Positions 8,472 to 17,466 of a stretch of DNA of 49,585 nucleotides are shown here, piece by piece. The stretch spans positions 1 to 49,585 of the forward strand of contig JAAOZY010000044.1 in assembly GCA_012274205.1 (NCBI GenBank), read 5' to 3'. The position numbers were made by a program, and so were the translations under genes. The notes below the pieces were generated by a model, which worked only from the letters and a program-made list of their open reading frames with translations, searched no databases and was not told the origin of the DNA. The stretch comes from Betaproteobacteria bacterium (GTDB lineage Bacteria; Pseudomonadota; Gammaproteobacteria; Burkholderiales; SG8-39). How positions within the stretch are numbered: position 1 is the stretch's first letter; every line of letters begins with the position of its first letter.

Positions 8472-11090
8472 TTATTTCAGCGTATTGGTCGGGTTGGAAA
8501 TGCCGATCGTGTAGTTCAGGTAATTGCTGCCGTTGCCGGCCACGCCTTTTTCGCAGGTGAAAGTCGAGGACATGTCGTCGAACGGGAAGGTGTAGCAGGT
8601 CGGGCAGGCGTTTTTCAACCAGGTGATGGTCGGCAGTACATACTGGACCCACGCCGGCCCTTTGGTCGTATAGTCGACCGCCGGTTTCGCAATGCTGGTC
8701 CAGTTCGTGCCCCCGCAAGCCATTACCGCGGGCTGGCCGGTGGGAGCCGGGTTCGTATACGGGCTGAAGCTGTTGTTGGCGCACAGCTGCAAGTCGCCCA
8801 CCGAAATGCTCGTCTGCGAATTGAACGCGGGGCTGATCGCATTCGATGTTGCAAAATCGAAGGGCGCGGCGTTGAGGAAACTGCTGTCCGTATTCTGATT
8901 CCAGCCCCAGATCTGGTTCGCGGTCGCCCAGGACACAAAGTTGCCGCAGACGCGCTTGCTCGCATCGAAGGTGAATTTGCCTTTCAGAACCTCGCTCTGA
9001 TTCCAGCCGCAAACATTTCCGCCGGCGCCGGCGCCGGTGCAGGTATCCTGCGCCGAGCAGCTCGTCACTGTCGTGGTGCTGGGGGCGACCACGGCGAAAT
9101 ACGATGCCGGACTGTCTGTGATCTTCTGATCGGACGGAAAACTCGACGCCGCGTCAGGCGCAAAATTCCATGTGCTGTTCGGAAGATAGCCTCCCGGAAA
9201 CGGATTCGAGCCGGCGACGCCGCAGGAATACGCCTCCTTGTCGGAAGGCGGCGACTTGCCTTCGCTGCTGGTCGGCCCAAACGCAAAGGCGTAATTCGCG
9301 CCGTTGATGATCGAAACGTCGTAATAGTCGACCGTATTGTGCTGATAGGTGACTTCGGCGAGGGTGTTCGCGGCGTAAGTGGGGCCAGTGCCCGGCGTGG
9401 CCGGAACGCCCGGGCAGGCAGCGCCGGGGCATTGCAGCGCGTAATAATTGCCCGACCATTGAATCTGCTGGCCGCCGGAGGTGATCCCCGACCAGTGCGG
9501 AATGAACTGGGTCGTCGAGGCCTTGGGCGCCAGGATGCCGGTTCCGTTGGCGAAGCCCGGGTTATCCCAGAAGCACATGAAAGGCGTTTTTCCCTTCGCC
9601 ACGCCGGCGCCGCCCTGGACGCAGGTCGAACCGATCGGGCATGCATTCTTCCCCAGCGACGTGGGGCCGCAGTAGGACTGCGCTCCGGCCTCGGTCCTGG
9701 CCGGATTGGTGGGATCGCCGCCCGAGGCCACCGATGCCGGCGAGGTATACGCGCTCGCCGTGCCGGCGTTAACGCCGACGATGACCGTGTCGGAGGCGTT
9801 GTTGGTGAAGGTGATCGTCCTGCCGTCGGTCGACGCGCTGTTATCCACCGACGCCAGCGTGACCTGGCTCTGGTAGGAAGGCGTGTAGCCCGATGGCGTC
9901 GGAGCCTTCGCCGCCACCGTCACGTCAAGCGCGACCTCGAGCCCGTTCCCCGCGGCCCCTTTCAACGGCAGCAGGCCGAAACCGCAGGACGTCGTCGAAG
10001 CCGCAAGCGAGGCGGAGCTGCTGTTATCGAGCGACAATTCGCATGTTGCGGAACTGGCGTTCTGTCTGCTGGCGTCGCTGTTCGATCCATCCGGATACGA
10101 ATAGAACGCCAGAGCGCCCGGGTCGGTGCTGGTAACGGTCACCGTGTAGGCCGACTGCAGCAGGGTGTCGTCGGTCAGGTACACGAACAGCGGCGCCTTC
10201 ATCCCGAGGTAGATCTGGCCGGACGAGTTCTGCGAAGCTACGTTGATGACGCCCGCGGACTGTTGCGCGGTGCCTTTCCAGGTGATCGTGACATTGTCCT
10301 GCGGGCCGAAAGGAGCATTGTTGCCCGCGACCCAGGCGCCGGTCGGACTGATGGTGTTCGTGAAGGATGTCTTCGAGGCTACCTTGGTCGCGTCTATGGT
10401 TCCGGCAATCGCGCAGCTCGGCGACAACGTTGTCAGGGCACACTGTCCGCCGCCTGACAGCGTGATTCCGGCGGCTTCGTCCATCAACACCCACAGCGGG
10501 TTGTCGGCCGGGATCTGCTGGCTCGTCGTTCCGGTTGCAGGATCCAGCTTGACCGTGATCGAAAATGGGTAGGGAACGTTGGCTCCCGAAAAAAACGTCC
10601 GGGTTTCCGCGGCGACCGAAATCGTACCGTAGGGACTTGCGCTGCCCGCTACGGTCACGTCGGAGCTCGCATCGGCGTAGCCCTCGGCGCGCGCAAGCAG
10701 ACTGAACGCCCCCGCCTTTTTGCCGGTGACCGTCACCGTGCAGCTTGACGCGCTGGAAGACAGGACGCAGCTCGAGGGGGAGACCTGGCCGACCGAGGTA
10801 TCGGAAACGCTCAGGTCGATGCGCGTTCTTGTCGCGCTGCCGCTCCCGGCCGACGCATCCGCAGCCAAGCTCACGCTGGCGAGCGTGACCGGCGCGACCT
10901 GGGTCCCGATTTGAAGCTGGCCGGCGCCATTCATGCTGACCACAACCGACTTTGCGCTGCCGGGCCTTACTTGCAGACTCTGCGTCGCGGTTTGAACCTG
11001 GCTGGCGCTATTCGAGTTTCCGCCTCCGCATCCGGCAATCGCAATCGTCGCCAGGCCCAGGACCAGCATTTTCAGTGTCGCGGTCGTCAT
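8472..11090 (-). CDS. Large surface lipoprotein: N-terminal beta-rich/Ig-like region plus an expanded C-terminal thaumatin-like (PR-5 family) domain
   Basis: ATG at 11088-11090 with AAGGGGA SD. Lipobox LATIAIAGC. C-terminal half (about 8475..9821) carries ITFTNNASDTVIVGV, TLAEVTYQHNTVDYYDVSIINGANYAF, CTGAGAGGNVC and LKNACPTCYTFPFDDMSSTFTC. All resemble thaumatin-family motifs. Confidence 0.8.
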   Translation of the reverse strand: MTTATLKMLVLGLATIAIAGCGGGNSNSASQVQTATQSLQVRPGSAKSVVVSMNGAGQLQIGTQVAPVTLASVSLAADASAGSGSATRTRIDLSVSDTSVGQVSPSSCVLSSSASSCTVTVTGKKAGAFSLLARAEGYADASSDVTVAGSASPYGTISVAAETRTFFSGANVPYPFSITVKLDPATGTTSQQIPADNPLWVLMDEAAGITLSGGGQCALTTLSPSCAIAGTIDATKVASKTSFTNTISPTGAWVAGNNAPFGPQDNVTITWKGTAQQSAGVINVASQNSSGQIYLGMKAPLFVYLTDDTLLQSAYTVTVTSTDPGALAFYSYPDGSNSDASRQNASSATCELSLDNSSSASLAASTTSCGFGLLPLKGAAGNGLEVALDVTVAAKAPTPSGYTPSYQSQVTLASVDNSASTDGRTITFTNNASDTVIVGVNAGTASAYTSPASVASGGDPTNPARTEAGAQSYCGPTSLGKNACPIGSTCVQGGAGVAKGKTPFMCFWDNPGFANGTGILAPKASTTQFIPHWSGITSGGQQIQWSGNYYALQCPGAACPGVPATPGTGPTYAANTLAEVTYQHNTVDYYDVSIINGANYAFAFGPTSSEGKSPPSDKEAYSCGVAGSNPFPGGYLPNSTWNFAPDAASSFPSDQKITDSPASYFAVVAPSTTTVTSCSAQDTCTGAGAGGNVCGWNQSEVLKGKFTFDASKRVCGNFVSWATANQIWGWNQNTDSSFLNAAPFDFATSNAISPAFNSQTSISVGDLQLCANNSFSPYTNPAPTGQPAVMACGGTNWTSIAKPAVDYTTKGPAWVQYVLPTITWLKNACPTCYTFPFDDMSSTFTCEKGVAGNGSNYLNYTIGISNPTNTLK

Positions 11091-11375
11091 CGTTTCCCCT
11101 TTTCAAAGGTGTGCGGTATTGAGCGCAATTCTGCGCCTGCATCATATGCAGAAGGCGACGGCCTTGCAATGTTCTTTCCGCGATCAGGCGATGGCGTCGA
11201 GGGTTCGCGTCAGCGGGATGCAATCCATGCCGCGAAACGGCTGCGGGGGCGTGTCGACCGGTCGCGGTCTGCATCAACAGCCGCCTGCTGCGCGTAGAAT
11301 TGCTCCGCCAGCATGCCGAATCCGGCGTGCGCGCCGGCCCAGGCCCGCGCAAGGCTCGATACCGGAGAAGGGCGC

Positions 11376-12143
11376 ATGAAAGCCAATCGCATGAAAGAGA
11401 AGCTGCGCGCGGGCGAGCCCGTATTCGGCGTCTCGGTGATGATTCCCTCGCCGCAGATCGTGGAGATGATAGGCGCGGCCGGCTTCGACTGGGTGCTGCT
11501 CGATTGCGAACACGGCACGCTCACGCTGGAGAGTGTGGAATTGATGGCGATGGCGGCGGAGGCCTGCGGCATCACCGCGATCGCGCGTCCGATGACGCGC
11601 AGCGCCGAGCACATCCTGCAGGTGCTCGATCGCGGCGTGATGGGCGTGCAGGTGCCGCACGTGAATACAGCGCAGGAGGCGCGCGAGGCGATCGCCGCGG
11701 TGAAATACCATCCGACCGGACGCCGCGGGCTCGCCGCCGGCACGCGCGCGGCGAATTACGATGCGCACGGCACGCTCGCCGATTACGTCCGGGCCGCCAA
11801 TGAGGCCACGCTGATCGCGATCCAGCTCGAAGACCGGGCGGCGATCGACAATATCGACGATCTGCTGCTGGTCGAGGGCATAGACGTGTTTTTCATCGGG
11901 CCGTCCGACCTGTCGCAGTCCATGGGCCATCCGGGCAATCCCAGGGCGCCCGCGGTGGCGCAGGCGATCGAGGCGAGCCTGCGCAAAATGGCGGCGGCTG
12001 GCCGCACGCCCGGCATGCCCGCAACCGCCGAGAACGTGCGCGAGGCCGTGGGCAAGGGCGTGCGCTACATCTACACCCACCTGCCGCGCCTGCTGGCGGG
12101 CAGCGCGAAGGCCTATCTGGCGCATGCGCGAGGGCAGGGCTGA
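11376..12143 (+). CDS. HpcH/HpaI-family aldolase (2-keto-3-deoxy-acid aldolase type)
   Basis: ATG at 11376 after GGAGAAGG. Motifs FDWVLLDCEHG, VQVPHVNTAQEA and FFIGPSDLSQSMG are characteristic of HpcH/HpaI aldolases. Confidence 0.85.
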   Translation: MKANRMKEKLRAGEPVFGVSVMIPSPQIVEMIGAAGFDWVLLDCEHGTLTLESVELMAMAAEACGITAIARPMTRSAEHILQVLDRGVMGVQVPHVNTAQEAREAIAAVKYHPTGRRGLAAGTRAANYDAHGTLADYVRAANEATLIAIQLEDRAAIDNIDDLLLVEGIDVFFIGPSDLSQSMGHPGNPRAPAVAQAIEASLRKMAAAGRTPGMPATAENVREAVGKGVRYIYTHLPRLLAGSAKAYLAHARGQG

Positions 12144-12548
12144 GACGCTGCTACGCGAGCAGCCTGCCCGCTTCCGCATGCGATCCGGCGCGGGCCTGCG
12201 CCGGCCGGCCGGAAAAAGCACAAGACCTGCATGCCCGCAGCGCACGGCATAGGTACTTTCCCTTATGCGAAATGGCGCCTGTCAGACTCGATGAAATACT
12301 TTCTTACACAATTTTCGTTGAATCAACACGACTCAGACAGCATCATATAAATGCGCATTTGCAGAGGGGCGCAGGACGCGCCCGTTCAATTGCAGCAATG
12401 TCCGGCGCTGCTATTCAAGGCAACACGAGATTGATCGCATGACGCAAGAGGTACTGCACAAATTTTTCTCTGACTCGATCGCGTACCTGGGTCAGTTCCA
12501 GCCACCGGCGGCCAGCCCACGTTCTCCCTTTCTAAAGCTGGTTCGCCC

Positions 12549-12584
12549 GGAAGACTCCCGCTCCCTCCCTGGCGGGAGTCTTCC
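12549..12584. repeat. Perfect 13-bp-stem hairpin (GGAAGACTCCCGC / GCGGGAGTCTTCC, 10-nt C/T-rich loop)
   Basis: Seen directly inside the ~530-bp non-coding gap 12144..12673. No flanking U-tract on either strand. Confidence 0.8.
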
Positions 12585-12673
12585 ACCCCTATCCACTGAC
12601 GGCTCGACCGAGAATAGCCGGCAGTTGCCGGCCTCCTAGAGTCTCTTCACCGCACTTTATTTCCGGTAGCCCG

Positions 12674-13075
12674 ATGCCATTTTCTCCGCGCAAGGCAATT
12701 CCGCTATTGCTGCTGGCCGTTTTGAGCAACAGCGCGATGGCGGACTGGGTCAAGGTCGGCAGCAGCAGGACCGAGACCCTTTACGTAGACCCGTCCACCA
12801 TCCGTGCCACGGACAATGTGGCGAGAATGTGGGCTTTGAATGACTTCGTCGCGCTGCAACGAGTCGACAAGCGCCAGCCATTCAAGTCGGAAAAGATGGA
12901 ATATGAATACGACTGCAAGAGCGAAAAGTCGCGCCTGCTCTACTTCTCTTCCCACCCCGAGAGCATGGCGGAAGGCGCAGCACTCGACTTCAATGTTGCG
13001 CCTGGCGCGTGGACAGCCCATTTGCCCGGCAGCGGATTGGAAATCCTGTGGAAAATCGCCTGCGGGAAAGCATAA
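12674..13075 (+). CDS. Secreted surface-adhesin protein-E-like domain protein
   Basis: Signal peptide ends in AMA-DW. ADWVKVGSS...LYVDPSTIR...YEYDCKSEKSRLL...LWKIACGK matches the protein-E-like small secreted proteins common in betaproteobacteria. Confidence 0.7.
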   Translation: MPFSPRKAIPLLLLAVLSNSAMADWVKVGSSRTETLYVDPSTIRATDNVARMWALNDFVALQRVDKRQPFKSEKMEYEYDCKSEKSRLLYFSSHPESMAEGAALDFNVAPGAWTAHLPGSGLEILWKIACGKA

Positions 13076-13260
13076 GCCCCGCTTCGTGCTGAGGCTGCCG
13101 GGTTCGCGACACCCTGCCGCATACCTGCGCCCTTTCCTGGTTCCGTCAGGAGCGGAAGTCTTGCCTGACTGCGCCGCCTGTCGATGAAGGGCGACGCGAT
13201 GGCCACCGGCCGTTCAGGCATGATCCTGATTTTATGCACCACCAACCGGAGAGTCTTGTT

Positions 13261-13575
13261 ATGAAACAACTGAAACGAAGTGCTTCCGCCGCATTTCTTG
13301 CCCTCACGCTGGCAAGCATGGTGGGATGCGCGGCAACCGCCACCAGAGAAAGCACGGGTCAGTTTGTCGATGATGCCGCCATAACCACGAAGGTCAAGGC
13401 GGCGATATTGGACCAGCCAACGCTCAAATTATTCGATATCCATGTGGCCACATTCAATGGGACGGTCGAGCTCAGCGGCATCGTCGCGTCGCAGTCGACC
13501 ATCGACAAGGCGGTCGAAGTTGCGCGCAAGGTCAGCGGTGTGAAGGCGGTCAAGAACGGCATGCGAGTCATGTAG
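13261..13575 (+). CDS. BON-domain lipoprotein (OsmY-like)
   Basis: ATG at 13261 after GGAGAG. Lipobox LASMVGC. DDAAITTKVKAAI...VELSGIVAS...KVSGVKAVKN is a BON domain. Confidence 0.85.
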   Translation: MKQLKRSASAAFLALTLASMVGCAATATRESTGQFVDDAAITTKVKAAILDQPTLKLFDIHVATFNGTVELSGIVASQSTIDKAVEVARKVSGVKAVKNGMRVM

Positions 13576-13607
13576 TACCCGAGCTCAGGCAGGCATGAGC
13601 ACGCGCT

Positions 13608-14162
13608 CTATTTGGCGAGCTGGTCGGCAGCTTTGATTCCCTGGCAGTCGGGGCCGAGATATTTCATTTGAGACTCGCTTTGGATCGTGTGGCGACCGCG
13701 AGCGTCGGTCACGGTCATATCCACGCGAGTAGTCACCGTGTCCCCCTCGGCGACGCTAGTGCCACTGCCGACGTTGGTCGCGCCATTGGCCGTGCAGTTG
13801 AACTCAAACTGGATTGAGTTGCCGCTGTGCACGAGCTTGGCCGGCTCGCAGCGACCTTGGGGATCTACCATCGGCCGATTGCGTGCCGCCATGGCCGGGC
13901 TGATGCAGATGCGCGTGCTGCCGCCCGAGCCCACACCTTGACTACCCATCCTGGACTCGATTTGCTTGCGCTGAGCCGGGGACATGTTGGCCAATGCCTG
14001 CTGCATCTGGCCCCGGAGTGCCGCCATCTGCGCAGCCGTGTCCTGGCCGTCCAGAACCTGCCGGATCTGTTTCATTTCCCACAAGCCGGGCTTGAGCTGG
14101 TGGTTTTCCGCGAATGCGCTGCCGCTCAACATAAGGAGCATCACGAGGGCGAGTTTCTTCAT
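13608..14162 (-). CDS. DUF3617-family secreted protein
   Basis: Real start is MKKLALVMLLMLSGSAFA (ATG at 14160-14162). LKPGLWE and two conserved Cys pairs match my recollection of DUF3617. Confidence 0.7.
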   Translation of the reverse strand: MKKLALVMLLMLSGSAFAENHQLKPGLWEMKQIRQVLDGQDTAAQMAALRGQMQQALANMSPAQRKQIESRMGSQGVGSGGSTRICISPAMAARNRPMVDPQGRCEPAKLVHSGNSIQFEFNCTANGATNVGSGTSVAEGDTVTTRVDMTVTDARGRHTIQSESQMKYLGPDCQGIKAADQLAK

Positions 14163-14254
14163 GGCCTGCTTCCGTTTTATTCTCGAACTGCACATTAGCA
14201 GCTTCGCCGGGCAGGGACAAATCCATTCCATGAAACGGCTACGCGCGTATCGGC

Positions 14255-14590
14255 TCAACTGAATTTCAGCGAGTCCAGCGCTTTTGCGAACCGCGGCAGG
14301 CGCGCCAGAGCATCACGAAGGCGCTTGATCCCGCTGCTCCGGCGGATCGCACGGGAACTTGCGCCGAGCAGCCGGATGGCGCCGGCGGGGTTGCCTTCGA
14401 CCAGCGCCAGGCCGCCGCGCTCGATGCGCTTGCGTTCGCCCGCGGCGAGCAGGTAGTCCTCGGGCTCGCCTTCGAGCGTGAGCCACACCACGCCTTCGGT
14501 ACATTCGAGCTCGACATTGCGCGCGCCGCGCAGAGCGAGCGGCGTGCCCGCGGCAAGCTGGATGACCCCGTTTCCCAATGACATGCGCAT
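14255..14590 (-). CDS. DUF2917-family small protein
   Basis: 111-aa ORF (VWLTLEGEPEDYLL...G). This family is typically divergent from MocR-type regulators, as it is here. Confidence 0.65.
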   Translation of the reverse strand: MRMSLGNGVIQLAAGTPLALRGARNVELECTEGVVWLTLEGEPEDYLLAAGERKRIERGGLALVEGNPAGAIRLLGASSRAIRRSSGIKRLRDALARLPRFAKALDSLKFS

Positions 14591-14647
14591 GCTGGAATTC
14601 CCCTGGCATCGAATGAGAATGCAGTGCCAGTCTAGGGATCCGGCCGC

Positions 14648-14703
14648 TTGCAGTACAGATACAGAAAAACAGAATTGTCACCGATACAATTGCAGTTCGG
14701 ATA
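14648..14703. promoter_or_regulatory. Candidate MocR operator: direct repeat TTGCAGTaCaGATA / TTGCAGTtCgGATA (42-bp register) enclosing AATTGT-N7-ACAATT
   Basis: Repeat copies at 14648..14661 and 14690..14703. The inverted repeat is at 14673..14691. All lie in the divergent DUF2917 / MocR intergenic region. Confidence 0.35.
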
Positions 14704-14800
14704 AACTGTGCTGCTCGAGTTTGCGGCCAACTGTGCCTGTCGGCCAGCGCGCGATCAGGTGAAAATCCGCGTCAGACTGCGGGCGTAGGGAAGGACGCGC

Positions 14801-16249
14801 ATGGACCAGCGGGCACTGCGTTACGAACAACTGGCGGACGAACTCGCGGGCATGATCGCGGCGCGCGTGCTGCGCCCCGGGGAGCGCCTGCCCTCGGTGC
14901 GCCGCCTGGCGAGCGAAAAGAAACTGTCCGTCTCCACCGTGCTGCAGGCGCTGCGCCAGCTGGAGGAGCGCGGCCAGGTCGAAGCGCGGCCGCAGTCGGG
15001 CTTCTTTGTGCGGCCGACCGTCCCGCACCAGCGCGCGCAACTCGAAGCGCACACGCCCCAGCGCGCGGCGCGCCCGGTGGCGGTCGACATCAACGGCCGG
15101 CTGATGCGCGTGCTGGCGCTGAACAATCGCAGCGACATGGTGCCGCTGGGCGCGGCGTTGCCCTCGGCCGAACTGCTGCCGCTGGCGCAGCTGCAGCGCC
15201 TTTACGGCCAGGTCGGGCGGCGCTCGGCGCCGCTGCTCGAGGGCAACAGCCACACTGCAATGAATCAGCCGGACCTGGTGCGCCAATTCGCGCGCCATTC
15301 GCTCGGCTGGGGCCGGCCCCTGGAGCCGGAGGAGATCGTGATCACCAACTCCTGCACCGAGGCCATGGCGCTGTGCCTGCGCGCGGTGACGCAGCCGGGG
15401 GATACCGTGGCGGTCGAATCGCCGTCCTACTATCTGATGCTGCAATTGCTGGAACAGCTGGGTCTCAAGGCGCTGGAGATTCCGACCCATCCGCGCCACG
15501 GCATATCGGTGGATGCGCTCGACATCGCGACGCGCGAGCGGCGCATCGCCGCCTGCCTGCTGGTGAGCAATTTCAACAATCCGCTGGGCAGCCTCATGCC
15601 CGACGAGGAAAAGAAGCGCCTGGCGAAGCTGATGGCGGGGCGCGCGATACCGGTGATCGAGGACGACATCTACGGCGATCTGCATTTCGGCCCGGATCGG
15701 CCCTGGCCGCTGAAGTCCTTCGACCGCGCCGGCAACGTGATGCTGTGCTCGTCGCTGTCGAAAACACTGAGCCCCTCGCTGCGCCTGGGCTACGTCGCCG
15801 CGGGGCGCTTCCATGCGCAGGTTCTGATGCAAAAGACGATGACCTCGGGCGCCACCAACCCGGTGACGCAGCTGGTGGCGGCGCGCTTTCTGGAATCGAC
15901 GGCCTACCCGCGCCACCTGCTGCGCCTGCGCCGCGCCTACGAGCGGCAGGTAATGCAGATGTCGGAGGCGGTGCTGCGCCATTTTCCGCCGGGGACGCGG
16001 CTGTCGCAGCCGCAGGGCGGCGTCGTGCTCTGGGTCGAGCTTGCGCCGGGGACCGACGCCGAAGCGCTGTTCGAGCTCGCGCTGGGTGCCGGGATCGCCT
16101 TTGTTCCCGGCGATCTGTTCTCCGCCGGCGGCCAATACCGCAATTGCCTGCGCCTGAACTGCGGCCATCCCTGGTCGGAGCGTTTCGAGCAGGCGGTGAA
16201 ACGCCTGGGTGCGCTGGCGCTGACGCTGGCAAAGGCGGCCCGGTCCTGA
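14801..16249 (+). CDS. MocR/GabR/PdxR-type regulator (GntR wHTH fused to a fold-type-I aminotransferase-like domain)
   Basis: N-terminus LPSVRRLASEKKLSVSTVLQALRQLEERG is a GntR HTH. The long C-terminal domain has SLSKTLSPSLRLGY (PLP-lysine region). Confidence 0.9.
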   Translation: MDQRALRYEQLADELAGMIAARVLRPGERLPSVRRLASEKKLSVSTVLQALRQLEERGQVEARPQSGFFVRPTVPHQRAQLEAHTPQRAARPVAVDINGRLMRVLALNNRSDMVPLGAALPSAELLPLAQLQRLYGQVGRRSAPLLEGNSHTAMNQPDLVRQFARHSLGWGRPLEPEEIVITNSCTEAMALCLRAVTQPGDTVAVESPSYYLMLQLLEQLGLKALEIPTHPRHGISVDALDIATRERRIAACLLVSNFNNPLGSLMPDEEKKRLAKLMAGRAIPVIEDDIYGDLHFGPDRPWPLKSFDRAGNVMLCSSLSKTLSPSLRLGYVAAGRFHAQVLMQKTMTSGATNPVTQLVAARFLESTAYPRHLLRLRRAYERQVMQMSEAVLRHFPPGTRLSQPQGGVVLWVELAPGTDAEALFELALGAGIAFVPGDLFSAGGQYRNCLRLNCGHPWSERFEQAVKRLGALALTLAKAARS

Positions 16250-16265
16250 GCCGGGGCCGCCAGGT

Positions 16266-17417
16266 TCAGCTGCCGATGAGTTTGCGCAGGACCGCGAGGC
16301 GCGCGCCCAGCTGCACCGCGGGGGCGAACAGGGCGAGGCTGCGCGCGCGGCCCTGCTCGCCCAGACGCGCCAGCGCCTGCGGATCGGCGCGATAGCGCAG
16401 CACGCGCTCGACGATCGCATCCGCGTCGGGCGCGACGATGCAGATCTCGCTGCCGTCGGCGTAGTAGATGTTCTGGCGCATGGTGTCGGAGCAGATCAGG
16501 CCCACGCCCGAGAGCGAGGCCTCCATGCAGGCCGCGGTGGGAAAGCCGTCGGTCTTGCCGCCGCCGAGCAGGTGCGCGATATTGGGCGAGATGACGAGGT
16601 CCATGCCGGCGTAGAACGCGGGGAATGCCGGCGTCTGCTTGATGCCGTGGAAGCGGATCGAGCCGGCTATGGCGGACACGTCGATGTCCTCCGGGCCGTA
16701 GTTTCCGACCACGTGTAAGCGCGCTTCCGGAATCTCTTGCGCCAACAGGTGCGCCGCCGCGATAAAGCTGTCGTAGCCCTTGTCCCGGCCCAGCGGCATG
16801 TACTTGTAGGCGACGAAGCACAGGTCGAGCGTCGGTTTGTCCACGCCATAGCGCTGCCGCTTCGGCGTGGCGCCGAAATACTCCCCCGGGATCACCGCGC
16901 CGTAGATCAGCTCGACGCGCTCCGCGTCGTAGTGGCCCTTCGCCTTGAGATACTCCAGCGTCGCCACCTGGGTCACGATGACTTTGCGCAGATTCGGGTA
17001 GGCGAACAGCTGCGCCAGCCGCGCATCGCTGGCGGCATCGTCGATGCCGAAGTCCCCGCCCGGATACAGGGTCAGCGCGAGCGGCAGGCCCTGCCGCGCG
17101 ATGTACGGAAGGAATGCGATGGCGGAGTTGAGAAACACGCAGTAGGCGAGCTTGCTCGCCGGCAGCGGCACATCGGGCGCGAAAGGGCGCACCCGCGGCG
17201 CGAGTTCCGGGTGATGCGCGGCGAACAGGACATGGTGCTGCGCGAACCCGGGCAGGGTGCTCAGCACCACCGAATCCGGCAACTGCGTCAGGTAGTGTTT
17301 GAATTCGGCGTAGCGGTACGCCGACAGCGGGCTGGGAAAAGCCTGGTCCAGCACCAGCAGCGGCAAAGGTCGCGGGCGTACGAGGATTTGCTTCAGTAGC
17401 CCGCTGAGAATCGCCAT
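16266..17417 (-). CDS. Putative glycosyltransferase (GT-B fold, GT1/GT4-like C-terminal domain)
   Basis: 383 aa. KGYDSFIAAA...LHVVG...DGFPTAACMEASLSGVGLICSD resembles the Glycos_transf_1 sugar-nucleotide-binding half. Confidence 0.55.
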   Translation of the reverse strand: MAILSGLLKQILVRPRPLPLLVLDQAFPSPLSAYRYAEFKHYLTQLPDSVVLSTLPGFAQHHVLFAAHHPELAPRVRPFAPDVPLPASKLAYCVFLNSAIAFLPYIARQGLPLALTLYPGGDFGIDDAASDARLAQLFAYPNLRKVIVTQVATLEYLKAKGHYDAERVELIYGAVIPGEYFGATPKRQRYGVDKPTLDLCFVAYKYMPLGRDKGYDSFIAAAHLLAQEIPEARLHVVGNYGPEDIDVSAIAGSIRFHGIKQTPAFPAFYAGMDLVISPNIAHLLGGGKTDGFPTAACMEASLSGVGLICSDTMRQNIYYADGSEICIVAPDADAIVERVLRYRADPQALARLGEQGRARSLALFAPAVQLGARLAVLRKLIGS

Positions 17418-17466
17418 GGCAGCCGATTATTCGGCCGCCATGGCGCGGTGTCAATCGCGACCGGAG

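Noticed and set aside
12439-12639. 66-aa ORFs on both strands in the 12144..12673 gap.
   Set aside because: They have no RBS and Pro/Ser-rich, non-protein-like composition. The plus-strand ORF is spanned by the 13-bp hairpin, so the region is treated as non-coding.
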